A program made the position numbers and the translations under genes. Positions 7,003-15,842 of a DNA stretch of 16,625 nucleotides are shown here, in pieces (the first letter of the stretch is position 1; each line of letters begins with the position of its first letter). The notes under the pieces are model-generated. The model was not told the DNA's origin, made no database searches, and saw only the letters and a list, made by a program, of their open reading frames with translations. The stretch comes from Elusimicrobiota bacterium (lineage in GTDB: Bacteria; Elusimicrobiota; Elusimicrobia; Elusimicrobiales; UBA9959). The stretch covers positions 1-16,625 of the forward strand of contig DAIENX010000036.1 of assembly GCA_027340875.1 (NCBI GenBank), given 5' to 3'.

Positions 7003-8187
7003 CTAGGGCCGGAAGGCGGCCAGCGCCTCCACCAGCGCGTCCGCGTCGGACCTGGAGTTGTAAGGCTGTATGGATATCCGCACGAAGCGCCTGTCGCCGA
7101 AAGCGCTCACCGGCACTTCTATGCGGCGTTCGGAGTACAGCCAGCGGGACAGCCGCTCCGCCCCCGCCGGCCGCACCGGTATCGGCACCATCTGCCGGAA
7201 ATCCTCGGCAGGCGCTATGGATTCCAGCCCATTGGCTTCCAGCACGCGGCCCTGCGTCTCTACGGCCAGGTCCTGACAGGCCTTCAGACGTTCGGCCCAG
7301 CCGTACTTGCGGCGGAACTCGAGAGCGGCCGGCACGGCCAGGAAGGCGGCGATATCGCGGGTGCCCTGCCACTGGTGGCGGCGCTCGAAAGGCTCCCGTC
7401 CGGCGTAAGCCTCCTGGTCGGCGTTGGCGGCCGTACGCTCGCTGTAGCCCCAGCTGGTGACAAGTCCCTCTATCAGCCCCTGCGAGTCTTCCCGCGCGTG
7501 CAGGAAGGCGCTGCCCTTCGGCGCCATCAGCCACTTGTGACAGTTGCCCACATAAAAATCCGCGCCGACTTTTTCCAGGTCCAGCTCCAGCTGGCCGGGA
7601 GCGTGAGCCCCGTCCACCATGGTCAGTATGCCGGCGGCCCTCGCCCTGGCGCACAGTTCCGCCACCGGGAAGACAAGGGCCGTGCCGGAGGAGATATGGC
7701 TGACGAAGATAAGGCGCGTGCGCGGGGTTACCCGGGCCCATACCCTGTCCGCGAAGGAGGCACGGTCGAACGGCAGCGGTATGGCCGCCTTGACGTAGGC
7801 CGCGCCCGACTCACGGCAGGCCAGGGTCCAGGTATTGTCACAGGCGCCGTACTCGTGGTCCGTGGAGAGCACCTCGTCCCCGGGGGCCAGCTTCAGGGAT
7901 TTGGCCACCGCGTTGACGCCGTAGGTGGAGTTCGGGATGAAGACCAGGTCTTTCGGCCGCGCGCCGAGGAACCGTCCCAGTTCGGCGCGGGCCTCCAGCA
8001 GCAGCTCCCCGGAACGCCGGCCGAGGAACTCCACCGGGTTGCGCTCCAGCTCCAGCTGCCTGGCCTGGTAGACCTCGAACACTTCCCTCGGGCAGGCCCC
8101 GAACGAGCCGTGGTTAAGGAATATGACGTCCGGGGACAGCAGGAAAAGAGAGCGGATCTTCGCGGCTTCTTCGGCGTTCATGGTCAT
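7003..8187 (-). CDS. Class-V PLP-dependent enzyme (isopenicillin-N epimerase / cysteine desulfhydrase / EgtE-like subgroup)
   Basis: FLNHGSFGACP, LSTDHEYGA, SHISSGTALVFP, VDGAHAPG and DFYVGNCHKWL (PLP lysine), plus QWQGTRD. Start could be 8187 or 8181. Confidence 0.88.
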   Translation of the reverse strand: MTMNAEEAAKIRSLFLLSPDVIFLNHGSFGACPREVFEVYQARQLELERNPVEFLGRRSGELLLEARAELGRFLGARPKDLVFIPNSTYGVNAVAKSLKLAPGDEVLSTDHEYGACDNTWTLACRESGAAYVKAAIPLPFDRASFADRVWARVTPRTRLIFVSHISSGTALVFPVAELCARARAAGILTMVDGAHAPGQLELDLEKVGADFYVGNCHKWLMAPKGSAFLHAREDSQGLIEGLVTSWGYSERTAANADQEAYAGREPFERRHQWQGTRDIAAFLAVPAALEFRRKYGWAERLKACQDLAVETQGRVLEANGLESIAPAEDFRQMVPIPVRPAGAERLSRWLYSERRIEVPVSAFGDRRFVRISIQPYNSRSDADALVEALAAFRP

Positions 8188-8213
8188 ACGGGTATCGGCG
8201 TCCTTAATTCAAG

Positions 8214-8240
8214 AAAAAGGCCCGCGGAAGCGGGCCTTTT
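8214..8240 (-). terminator. Intrinsic terminator after the amylase gene (bidirectional form)
   Basis: AAAAAGGCCCGC-ggaa-GCGGGCCTTTT just past the stop at 8258. Confidence 0.85.
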
Positions 8241-8257
8241 GCGCGGGCTGAGCCCGT

Positions 8258-9709
8258 TCACTTCGGCAGCGGCTGGGTCCAGACAGCGTAGCGGTCGCCG
8301 CTGGTGGCCAGCGTCCAGCCTGAGCCGGGGTTCCAGCCCCAGTTGCGGCCTATCTTCACGACCACGCGCCCCCTGTCGCCGTCTATCACGGCGGCGTAGA
8401 GCTCGTTGGTGGCGGCCAGTATGCCCATGCGGCTGGTGGAGGTTATGCCGGCGGACCGGCGGACGTTCATCAGCGCGAGGATCCTGTCCTGATAGTCCTT
8501 CCCCCAGTCGAAGAAATGCGGCCAGAACACGCAGGGCACGCCGGGATGCGTCAGGATGTAGGCATAGCCCATCAGGCGCTGCGCCTTGTACTCGGAAGAG
8601 GCGTTCTTGATGAAGTTGGGGTCGCGGGGGCTGGTGTCATGGTTCTCGACGAAGGTCACGGCCTTGGCCGGCCACCAGCCTATCAGGCCGGACGGGCGGC
8701 CGTTGTCGTTGAGCATCTCGTAGCGCTCGTTCTCTATGGCGGAGATCAGGTTAAACTTGGTGGGGAAGTCGAAAGCGCTGGAGGCGTTGGCCTTGTTCGC
8801 CGAACTGTCGGTGCCGTCCACCCAGTTGGTGACCACCTGGCGGTTGCCGTCGTACACCTCGCCCACGGTGAACACCGGCGCGGAGGCGTTGTTGTAGTCC
8901 CCCACGTGGTACGGCGCGTAGCCCTTGACCATGTCGTAGCGCCAGCCGTCGAAGCCGATGCTGTTCTTGAGCCAGCGCATGAAGATCTTGGAGTCGTTCT
9001 GCACCAGCGGGTCGCGGTGATCGAGGTCGCGGCAGCCGAAGTCGCCCTGGCCCTCGTCGTCGTTGGGGCTCTTCGGGGAGCCCTGCCACTCGTCGTTGCG
9101 CACTATCACGCTGCTCGGCCAGTCGGGATTGGCGAAGTCGGCCCAATCCTTGCTGCCGTTGCGGTGGTTGAGCACCACGTCGGCCAGCACCAGCACGCCG
9201 TTGGAATGCATCGCGTTGACGGCGCGCACCAGCCTGTCCTTGGTGCCCCACTGCGAATCCAGGTTGTACCATTCGGTCGGGTAATAGCTGCCGCGCGAGA
9301 CGGGCGGGAACCAGATCAGCCCGAAGCCGTCCCGTCCTATCTCGGCGGCCTTGCCCTCGAGCTCGCCCCACCAGCCGTTGGCCGGATGATACCAGTAATT
9401 GTCGGCGTACCAGTGGAAGCCCTGCAGCATGATCATCGGGTTAGCTCCGTTGTCTATGCGCTGCTGCGCCTTGGGCTCGAAAACGCCGTCCGAATAGAGG
9501 CGCTCGGCCTGCAGCCAGTCGGCCCGGGCCGGGGTCAGGAGCGGGGAGTTCTGAAGACGCTGCGGCGACGGGAGCGCGAGATCGAATTTACCCTCTCCGG
9601 ACTGGGACCGGAGCTGGTCCACGGCCGGCAGGGCGTTTACGGAAAGGCTCGAGAATATCAGCGTGAGGAAAAGCGGGAAGGCGTCGCTACGGAATGGATT
9701 TGACCGCAT
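8258..9709 (-). CDS. Secreted GH13 alpha-amylase with plant-type C-terminal beta domain
   Basis: MLQGFHW, DVVLNHR (region I), GFDGWRYDMVKGY (nucleophile Asp), VGEVYD (acid/base Glu) and FVENHDT (region IV), followed by YAYILTHPGVPCVFWPH and C-terminal LYAAVIDG..W.LATSGDRYAVW. N-terminal signal peptide. Confidence 0.92.
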   Translation of the reverse strand: MRSNPFRSDAFPLFLTLIFSSLSVNALPAVDQLRSQSGEGKFDLALPSPQRLQNSPLLTPARADWLQAERLYSDGVFEPKAQQRIDNGANPMIMLQGFHWYADNYWYHPANGWWGELEGKAAEIGRDGFGLIWFPPVSRGSYYPTEWYNLDSQWGTKDRLVRAVNAMHSNGVLVLADVVLNHRNGSKDWADFANPDWPSSVIVRNDEWQGSPKSPNDDEGQGDFGCRDLDHRDPLVQNDSKIFMRWLKNSIGFDGWRYDMVKGYAPYHVGDYNNASAPVFTVGEVYDGNRQVVTNWVDGTDSSANKANASSAFDFPTKFNLISAIENERYEMLNDNGRPSGLIGWWPAKAVTFVENHDTSPRDPNFIKNASSEYKAQRLMGYAYILTHPGVPCVFWPHFFDWGKDYQDRILALMNVRRSAGITSTSRMGILAATNELYAAVIDGDRGRVVVKIGRNWGWNPGSGWTLATSGDRYAVWTQPLPK

Positions 9710-9743
9710 TTTTTCACCCCTCTGCAGGATATACCGACATTAT

Positions 9744-9801
9744 AGTATACATGGCGGCAGGGGCGCCGCCAGAGCCATAAGGCCCAGCGCCGCGTGGGTC
9801 C
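9744..9801 (-). promoter_or_regulatory. Putative promoter (-10 TATACT) and upstream GGCC-type site of the amylase gene
   Basis: TATACT on the - strand at 9749-9744; GCCATAAGGCCCA at 9774-9786 with inverted partner TGGGTCC at 9795-9801. Confidence 0.45.
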
Positions 9802-9828
9802 TGGCGCGGCCGGAAATCCCTTTACTTT

Positions 9829-9859
9829 CGTCACCACGGCGAAAGCCGGGGTCAGGGAT
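9829..9859. repeat. CGTC-tagged REP-like palindrome
   Basis: CGTC-ACCACGGC-GAAA-GCCGGGGT-CAGGGAT resembles the widespread CGTCAYYCC(G/C)GCGAAAGC..GG..TC extragenic palindromes. Single copy in this window. Confidence 0.6.
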
Positions 9860-9883
9860 CAAAGTGGCGCCGGCGCCAGTACG

Positions 9884-10405
9884 CTAGCAGGGCAGCAGGT
9901 CCACGCTGAAGGCGGCCTCGTTGAGCACGAGGTTCAGGGTGAGGCCGGAGGCTTCCCCGTAGACGTAGTTGCTCTCTTTCAGGGCCGAGTTCCAGCGCGC
10001 GAACTCTTCCCTGGGCCAGGCCCAGATCTCCACCTTCTCCGGGTTGCGGATCTCCTTCTTCACCATCTCGCGCTGGCGAAGGCCCGCATCCTGCGACTCT
10101 TTAATGACTATAAGACGGCCTTCCTTTATGCGGCGGGCGACCTTGGTAAGTTTGTTCATGGCCACATTGCCGCACTCGACCCAGACCTTTATGCCTCCCA
10201 CGCCGTCAGGCACGAGCAGGTCCGGCTGGAAGCCGATATCCTCCAGCAGCGGGTCCGACGGCCCGGGCTCCACGGGATCCCCGTCGAAGAGCAGCGCGGC
10301 GGCAGCCAACCGCAGCGCGAGGTGCTCGTGCGTCTCCTCGTCGGAGCCGACTATGATAACGCGGCGCGTGCCGCCGTTGACGTTCAGCTCGCAGCGCAGG
10401 GTCAT
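9884..10405 (-). CDS. YaeQ-like protein (PD-(D/E)XK-type fold), 173 aa
   Basis: EETHEHLALRLAA and QPDLLVPDGVGGIKVWVECG..NKLTKVARR match the YaeQ pattern. The ATG at 10405 overlaps the upstream stop (ATGA), so the ORF-track start at 10537 is over-extended. Confidence 0.72.
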   Translation of the reverse strand: MTLRCELNVNGGTRRVIIVGSDEETHEHLALRLAAAALLFDGDPVEPGPSDPLLEDIGFQPDLLVPDGVGGIKVWVECGNVAMNKLTKVARRIKEGRLIVIKESQDAGLRQREMVKKEIRNPEKVEIWAWPREEFARWNSALKESNYVYGEASGLTLNLVLNEAAFSVDLLPC

Positions 10406-12240
10406 AGCTCTTCCAGTTCCTGTCCGGGCTCCAGGTACAGCCGCATCACGCAGGCGGAACAGTCGAACTCCAGCCGGAACTTCCGTCCCTCCGCGTCCTC
10501 CAGCCAGAGCGGCTCCACCTCTTTTCCCTTCCTGCACAGGCCGAGCCGGCGCCTGATGCAGAACCTGGTGGTCATCAGCGGCTTGCCAGAGAGGTCCGCC
10601 CCGCCCTCGGCCGACATGGCTATCTCCTTTACGCCGTGGCGCCTGTAAAAGGCGGCCGCTTTGGAATTAAGCACGTTTCCCCGGTAATCCAGCCTGGCTT
10701 CAGGGTAGGGATAATCGTTCGGAGTTACCTTCGCCTCCTCTCGCGCGACCGGCAGCGCGCCCGAAGCCTTGCCCAGCGCGGCCAGAGCGTCGCGACGCAG
10801 GTCGTTCAGCGCGGCGACTGGCAGGAAATACGGCCTGGAGAGCTTCAGGTCCAGCGACTCAAGGTGATAATCCGTCTCGCCGAGCTTCGAGAGCTGCTTC
10901 CGTATGGTGTCCAGCGCGGCCTCTGGCTTCTGCGCGGCGGACTTCACCCCGCGCCAGCGGGCCTCTGCGGAGGCGCCGAATTCGTCGGAAGCCTTCAGGA
11001 CGAAGCCGCCCTCGTAGTCGGAAAATTCCAGCTTGAGCGCGAACATGCGCCGAGGCGCGCCGCGCTCCATCGCGCGCATGAACTCCCTGTCCAGGTTGCG
11101 GTATACCAGCGCGCCGTTCTCCAGCCCCTTCATGTTGTTCACGCGCACCCGGCCGTCGGATACGCCGTTCACCAGCGAGCCGGCCAGCACGCCGTTCCTG
11201 TCGTAGTAGGTTATGCCGTCGCCCGGGTGCAGCCTGGCGGCCTCGCGCAGGCGGAACGAGCCGTTCTTCACGTCCGAGGCCGGGCCCAGCGGCTCGCCGA
11301 CGAACTTGGGCGTGTCCGGGGAAGCGATGTCGGCCGGGTTGCCGTCAACGAAATACTCGGTATAACCGCGGTTGAAGGTCTTCGCCAGGTCCGGCTCGAA
11401 ACCGGCCACGCTGCGGCCTACGGAATAACGGGAATACCCTTTCTTCGCCATGACCTTGTCCAGCTCGCGGCGATAGAAGGATACCGTGTTGCGCACGTAG
11501 TCCCTGTCCTTGAGCCTCCCCTCGATCTTGAAGGAGGTTATGCCGGCCGAGGCCAGGTGTGAAAGCCTGCGCGAAAGGTTCAGGTCCTTTAGCGACAGCA
11601 GGTGCTTGTTGACCTCCAGCGTCTCCCCGGAGGCGTCCTTCAGCGTATAGAGCTTGCGGCAGGGCTGAGCGCATTCGCCGCGGTTGCCGCTGCGGCCGCC
11701 GAGCGCGTAGCTGAGGTAGCACTGGCCCGAGTAGCAGACGCACAGCGCGCCGTGCACGAAAAACTCAAGCTCCACGGAGGTCTTCGCGCGGATGGCCTTC
11801 ACCTCCTCGAGCGTGAGCTCGCGGGCGAGTATGACCCTTTTGAACCCCGCCTTCTCCAGGAACAGCACCTTTTCCGGGGTGGAGTTGTGGCACTGGGTGC
11901 TCGCTATCAGCGGTATCGGCGGCAGATCGAGCTCCAGCAGGCCCATGTCCTGTATTATCAGGCCGGCCGCGCCCGCCTCCCACAGCTGTCGGACCAGCCT
12001 CTGGGCGCGCGTCAGCTCTTCGTCGGAAAGTATCGTGTTCAGCGCGGCGTAGACCCTGGCGCGGTAGCGCCCGGCGTAGGAGCAGAGCTTCTCGATGTCC
12101 TGGATGGAATTGCCGGCGGAAACGCGGGCGCCGAAGCGTTCCGCGCCTATATAGACGGCGTCGGCGCCGCTGTTGACGGCCTCCAGGCCGCAGGCCAGGT
12201 CCTTGGCCGGGGCCAGCAGTTCCAGTTCGTTGTCCTTCAT
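10402..12240 (-). CDS. rlhA: Peptidase-U32-family Fe-S protein with C-terminal DUF3656-type extension; RlhA-like (23S rRNA C2501 hydroxylation)
   Basis: ELLAPA, GADAVYIG, ASTQ, ILARELTL, EFFVHGALCVCYSGQCYLS..RSGNRGECAQPCR (cluster cysteines), SFKIEGRLK and FNRGYT; about 612 aa long form. Start set at MKDNELELL (12240). The rlhA assignment is inferred from architecture. Confidence 0.8.
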   Translation of the reverse strand: MKDNELELLAPAKDLACGLEAVNSGADAVYIGAERFGARVSAGNSIQDIEKLCSYAGRYRARVYAALNTILSDEELTRAQRLVRQLWEAGAAGLIIQDMGLLELDLPPIPLIASTQCHNSTPEKVLFLEKAGFKRVILARELTLEEVKAIRAKTSVELEFFVHGALCVCYSGQCYLSYALGGRSGNRGECAQPCRKLYTLKDASGETLEVNKHLLSLKDLNLSRRLSHLASAGITSFKIEGRLKDRDYVRNTVSFYRRELDKVMAKKGYSRYSVGRSVAGFEPDLAKTFNRGYTEYFVDGNPADIASPDTPKFVGEPLGPASDVKNGSFRLREAARLHPGDGITYYDRNGVLAGSLVNGVSDGRVRVNNMKGLENGALVYRNLDREFMRAMERGAPRRMFALKLEFSDYEGGFVLKASDEFGASAEARWRGVKSAAQKPEAALDTIRKQLSKLGETDYHLESLDLKLSRPYFLPVAALNDLRRDALAALGKASGALPVAREEAKVTPNDYPYPEARLDYRGNVLNSKAAAFYRRHGVKEIAMSAEGGADLSGKPLMTTRFCIRRRLGLCRKGKEVEPLWLEDAEGRKFRLEFDCSACVMRLYLEPGQELEEL

Positions 12241-12250
12241 CGGGCGGCGG

Positions 12251-13306
12251 TCAGCCTGAGACGCTGCCGGCGCTCCCGGCGCGGCTCGAGTCAGGAAGAC
12301 CGGCATAGTCGGCCTCTATCTTGTAGTACTTGTAGGTGGTCTTGGCCACCTTGGAAATGAAGGCCTTGGCGCTGGAATAGCTGGGCACCTTGCCGGTCAG
12401 CACCGCTATCACGTAGTCGCCGCGCGGCGAGAAGACTATCCCCACGTCGTGGCAGGAGCGCCGCAGCAGGCCGGTCTTATGCCCTATCTCCCAGCCCATC
12501 GGCAGGCCGCGGCGCAGACGGCTGCGGCTCTTATTGTGCTTGAGGACGTCCAGCATCTGCTCGCTGGCCTGCTTGTCCACCAGCTGGCCGTCGTAGATCC
12601 TCTCCATCAGCACGGCCATCTCCTTGGCCGTGGTGTAGTTCTCGTTCTTCACCGGCCTCGAGGTAAGGCTCATCCCATCCGGGGTGATATTGGTGTACCT
12701 CAGGCCCATCCCGGAAAAGGCGCGCTCCAGATAGTCCATGCCGACGGTGTCTATCAGCATCCGGGTGGCCGTATTGTCGCTCTCGGTTATCATCTTGTAG
12801 ACGATCTCCATCACCGAGAGGGAGGTGCCGTTGCGCACCCATTTCAGCGAGCCGGAACCGCCTACGCGGTAGGCGTTGGTCAGTCTGATCTGCGTATCCA
12901 GCTTAATGCCCCCGTCGCGTATCTTCTCGAAGACTGCCGCCATGATCGGCACCTTGATCAGGCTGGCGGACGGGAAGCGCTTGTCGGCGTCGTATTCCCA
13001 GGTCTTCCCGGTCTCGAGGTCCTTCAGGTAGATGCCCACCTCGCCGCGGTAGTTCCGCGACAGCTCCTGCAGGCCGGCGACCATCTCCGTCCATTCCTCG
13101 TCGTTGATCGGGGCCTCGACCACCTTCTTCTCCGGCTCCGGGTTCAGGCTCTCGGCGATCAGAGAGACCGCCTTGTAGGCGGCCCAGACGCCGGCCGCGC
13201 CCATCAGCAGGGCCAGCAGCAGCTTGAGGACGGGGAAACGCGCCGGCGCCGGCCTTGCGGCCGGCGGCGGTACGCGGTGCTGAGGATGCGGACGGCGCTG
13301 CTGCAC
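12251..13306 (-). CDS. Membrane-anchored serine hydrolase, class-A beta-lactamase fold (PBP-A-like)
   Basis: SxxK (FPSASLIK), SDN (TESDNTAT) and KTG (GHKTG) motifs; N-terminal TM helix LKLLLALLMGAAGVWAAY; GTG start uncertain. Confidence 0.85.
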   Translation of the reverse strand: MQQRRPHPQHRVPPPAARPAPARFPVLKLLLALLMGAAGVWAAYKAVSLIAESLNPEPEKKVVEAPINDEEWTEMVAGLQELSRNYRGEVGIYLKDLETGKTWEYDADKRFPSASLIKVPIMAAVFEKIRDGGIKLDTQIRLTNAYRVGGSGSLKWVRNGTSLSVMEIVYKMITESDNTATRMLIDTVGMDYLERAFSGMGLRYTNITPDGMSLTSRPVKNENYTTAKEMAVLMERIYDGQLVDKQASEQMLDVLKHNKSRSRLRRGLPMGWEIGHKTGLLRRSCHDVGIVFSPRGDYVIAVLTGKVPSYSSAKAFISKVAKTTYKYYKIEADYAGLPDSSRAGSAGSVSG

Positions 13307-13328
13307 TTGGCTGCTCCCGGGCAGGTCT

Positions 13329-15803
13329 TCAGCGGACCTTCAGCTCGAGGGCGTCGCCCTCTCCCTTGTAGTCCACCTTGATGACGTCGCCCTGCTTCAT
13401 CGAGCTGTTCAGCAGGAATTCCGCCATCGGGTCCTCGAGATAGCGCTGCACGGTGCGCAGCAGCGGGCGGGCGCCGTAGTTCGGGTCGAAGCCCTTCTTG
13501 ACGAGGAAGTCCTTGGCGGCCTGCGAGATCGTGAACTTCACGCTCTTCTCCTCGAGCTTCTTCGCCACCTTCGCCAGGCTGAGCTCGAGGATCTTGGCGG
13601 TGTCCTCCTCGGTCAGCGGGCGGAACACGACCACTTCGTCGAGGCGGTTGATGAACTCGGGGTTGAAGACGCGCTTCACCTCGTCCATCACGGTGCCCTT
13701 CATCTCCTTGTAGTCCTTCTCCTTGTCCTCGGCGGGCATAAAGCCGAGCGTCTTGCCCTTCGTGATCATGCGGGCGCCGACGTTGGAGGTCATGATGATG
13801 ATGGCGTTCTTGAAGCTGACCTTGTGGCCGAGGCTGTCGGTCAGCGTGCCCTCGTCCATGATCTGCAGCAGGATGTTGAAGACGTCCGGGTGGGCCTTCT
13901 CTATCGCGTCGAGCACCACCACGGAGTAGGGCTTGCGGCGCACCAGCTCGGTGAGCTTGCCGCCCTCCTCGTAGCCGACGTAGCCTGGGGGCGCTCCGAT
14001 CAGGCGGCTGACGGAGAACTTCTCCATGTACTCGGACATGTCGATGCGCACCATCGCCTCCTCGTTGCCGAACAGGAAGTCCGCGAGCACGCGCGCGAGC
14101 TCGGTCTTGCCGACGCCGGTGGGGCCCAGGAAGATGAAGTTGCCGATCGGGCGCTTGGCGTCCTTCATGCCGGTGCGGCTGCGCTTGATGGCCTGCGCGA
14201 CGATGCGCACGGCCTCGTCCTGGCCGATCAGGCGCTTGTGCAGCTCGTCCTCCATGTGCTGCAGCTTCTGCGTCTCGGTCTCCGTCATGCGGGTGACAGG
14301 GATGCCCGTCCATTTGGAAGCGATCTGCGCTATGTCCTCCTCGGTGACCTCCGGGAAGACCTTGTCGCGGCCCTCGCGCCACTTCTTGCGGGCGTCCTCG
14401 AGGGCCTTTTTCAGCTCCTTCTCCTTGTCGCGCAGCTTCGCGGCCTTCTCGTACTCCTGGCCGTAGATCGCGGCGTTCTTCTCCTTGGCCGTCTCCTCTA
14501 TCTCCGCCTCCTTCTCCTTGAACTCGGGCGGGGCGACGGACAGCTTCAGGCGCGCGCGGGAACCGGCCTCGTCGAGCAGGTCGATCGCCTTGTCGGGCAG
14601 CGCACGGTCGGTGATGTACTTGTCGGAGAGCTGCGCCGCGGCGAAGATGGACGGGTCGGTGTACTTGCACTTGTGATGGCTCTCGTACTTGTCCTGGAGC
14701 CCCTTGAGGATCTCTATGGTCTCCTCGACCGACGGAGACTCCACTACGACCGGCTGGAAGCGGCGCTCGAGGGCCGGGTCGTGTTCGATGTGCTTGCGGA
14801 ACTCGTCGAAGGTGGTGGCGCCGATGCACTGCAGCTCGCCGCGCGCTAGCGCGGGCTTGAGCATGTTGGAGGCGTCTATCGCGCCCTCGGCCGCGCCGGC
14901 GCCGATGACGGTGTGCAGCTCGTCGATGAACATGATGATCGAGTTCTTGGCCTTGCGTATCTCCTCGATGATACCCTTCAGGCGCTGCTCGAACTCGCCG
15001 CGGTACTTGGTGCCTGCGACGATGGACGCGAGGTCCAGAGACAGCAGGCGCTTACCGACCAGCGTGTCGGAGATCTCGCCGGAGGCTATCTTCTGCGCGA
15101 GACCCTCCACGATGGCGGTCTTGCCGACGCCGGGTTCGCCGACCAGCACCGGGTTGTTCTTAGTGCGGCGGCCGAGCACCTGGATCAGGCGGTCTATCTC
15201 GTTGGCGCGGCCGATGACCGGGTCCAGCTTGCCCTCCTTGGCCATCTGCGTCATGTCGCGGGCGAATTCGTCGAGTATCGGGGTCTTCGTCTTGGTCTTG
15301 GTGGCTGTATGGCCGTGGCTCTTGGACTGCGGGGCCTGCTGCTCCTTCTGGGAATCCTTCTGCTCCATCTCGCCGAGTATGCTGAGCACCTCCTCGCGGA
15401 CGGTCTCGAGCTTGAGACCGAGGTTCTCGAGCACGCGAGCGGCCACGCCCTCCTCTTCGCGGATCAGGCCGAGCAGGATATGCTCGGTGCCGATGTAGGA
15501 GTGGCTCATGTGCTGGGCCTCCTCGACGGCGTACTCGAGGACTTTCTTCGCGCGCGGGGTGAACGGGATCTCGCCCAGCAGCATCATGTTGTCGCCGGTG
15601 CCCACGATCTTCTCGATCTCGGCGCGGACCTTGCGCAGGTCGATGCCGAGGTTCTGGAAGACCTGGCTGGCCACGCCCTCGCTCAAGGCTATCAGGCCGA
15701 GCAGGATGTGCTCGGTGCCCACGTAGTCGTGGTTGAGGCGCTTCGCCTCCTCCTGGGCTATAAGTATCACGCGCTGCGCCCTGTCCGTAAACCTGGTTCC
15801 CAT
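13329..15803 (-). CDS. clpC: ATP-dependent Clp protease ATP-binding subunit ClpC
   Basis: Two Clp-N repeats (GTEHILLGLI x2); NBD1 GEPGVGKT / FIDELH; short UVR-type M domain (QEYEKAAKLRD); NBD2 GPTGVGKT; ClpP-docking LGF loop; YGARPL; GGAGG SD. NBD2 Walker B reads VVLDAIEKAH. Confidence 0.96.
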   Translation of the reverse strand: MGTRFTDRAQRVILIAQEEAKRLNHDYVGTEHILLGLIALSEGVASQVFQNLGIDLRKVRAEIEKIVGTGDNMMLLGEIPFTPRAKKVLEYAVEEAQHMSHSYIGTEHILLGLIREEEGVAARVLENLGLKLETVREEVLSILGEMEQKDSQKEQQAPQSKSHGHTATKTKTKTPILDEFARDMTQMAKEGKLDPVIGRANEIDRLIQVLGRRTKNNPVLVGEPGVGKTAIVEGLAQKIASGEISDTLVGKRLLSLDLASIVAGTKYRGEFEQRLKGIIEEIRKAKNSIIMFIDELHTVIGAGAAEGAIDASNMLKPALARGELQCIGATTFDEFRKHIEHDPALERRFQPVVVESPSVEETIEILKGLQDKYESHHKCKYTDPSIFAAAQLSDKYITDRALPDKAIDLLDEAGSRARLKLSVAPPEFKEKEAEIEETAKEKNAAIYGQEYEKAAKLRDKEKELKKALEDARKKWREGRDKVFPEVTEEDIAQIASKWTGIPVTRMTETETQKLQHMEDELHKRLIGQDEAVRIVAQAIKRSRTGMKDAKRPIGNFIFLGPTGVGKTELARVLADFLFGNEEAMVRIDMSEYMEKFSVSRLIGAPPGYVGYEEGGKLTELVRRKPYSVVVLDAIEKAHPDVFNILLQIMDEGTLTDSLGHKVSFKNAIIIMTSNVGARMITKGKTLGFMPAEDKEKDYKEMKGTVMDEVKRVFNPEFINRLDEVVVFRPLTEEDTAKILELSLAKVAKKLEEKSVKFTISQAAKDFLVKKGFDPNYGARPLLRTVQRYLEDPMAEFLLNSSMKQGDVIKVDYKGEGDALELKVR

Positions 15804-15842
15804 TGTTAGTCCTCCGTGTTGAATGCGGAAAATCTGTCAATA

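Noticed and set aside
7003..13306. Beta-lactam biosynthesis/resistance cluster (isopenicillin-N-epimerase-like plus beta-lactamase-like)
   Set aside because: Both are broad housekeeping-type families. They are separated by unrelated genes and a terminator, and there is no ACV synthetase, IPNS or expandase.
13204..14829. 541-aa alternative-frame ORF within clpC
   Set aside because: Arg/Gly/Pro-rich off-frame read of GC-biased codons. clpC itself is uninterrupted, so no frameshift needs to be invoked.
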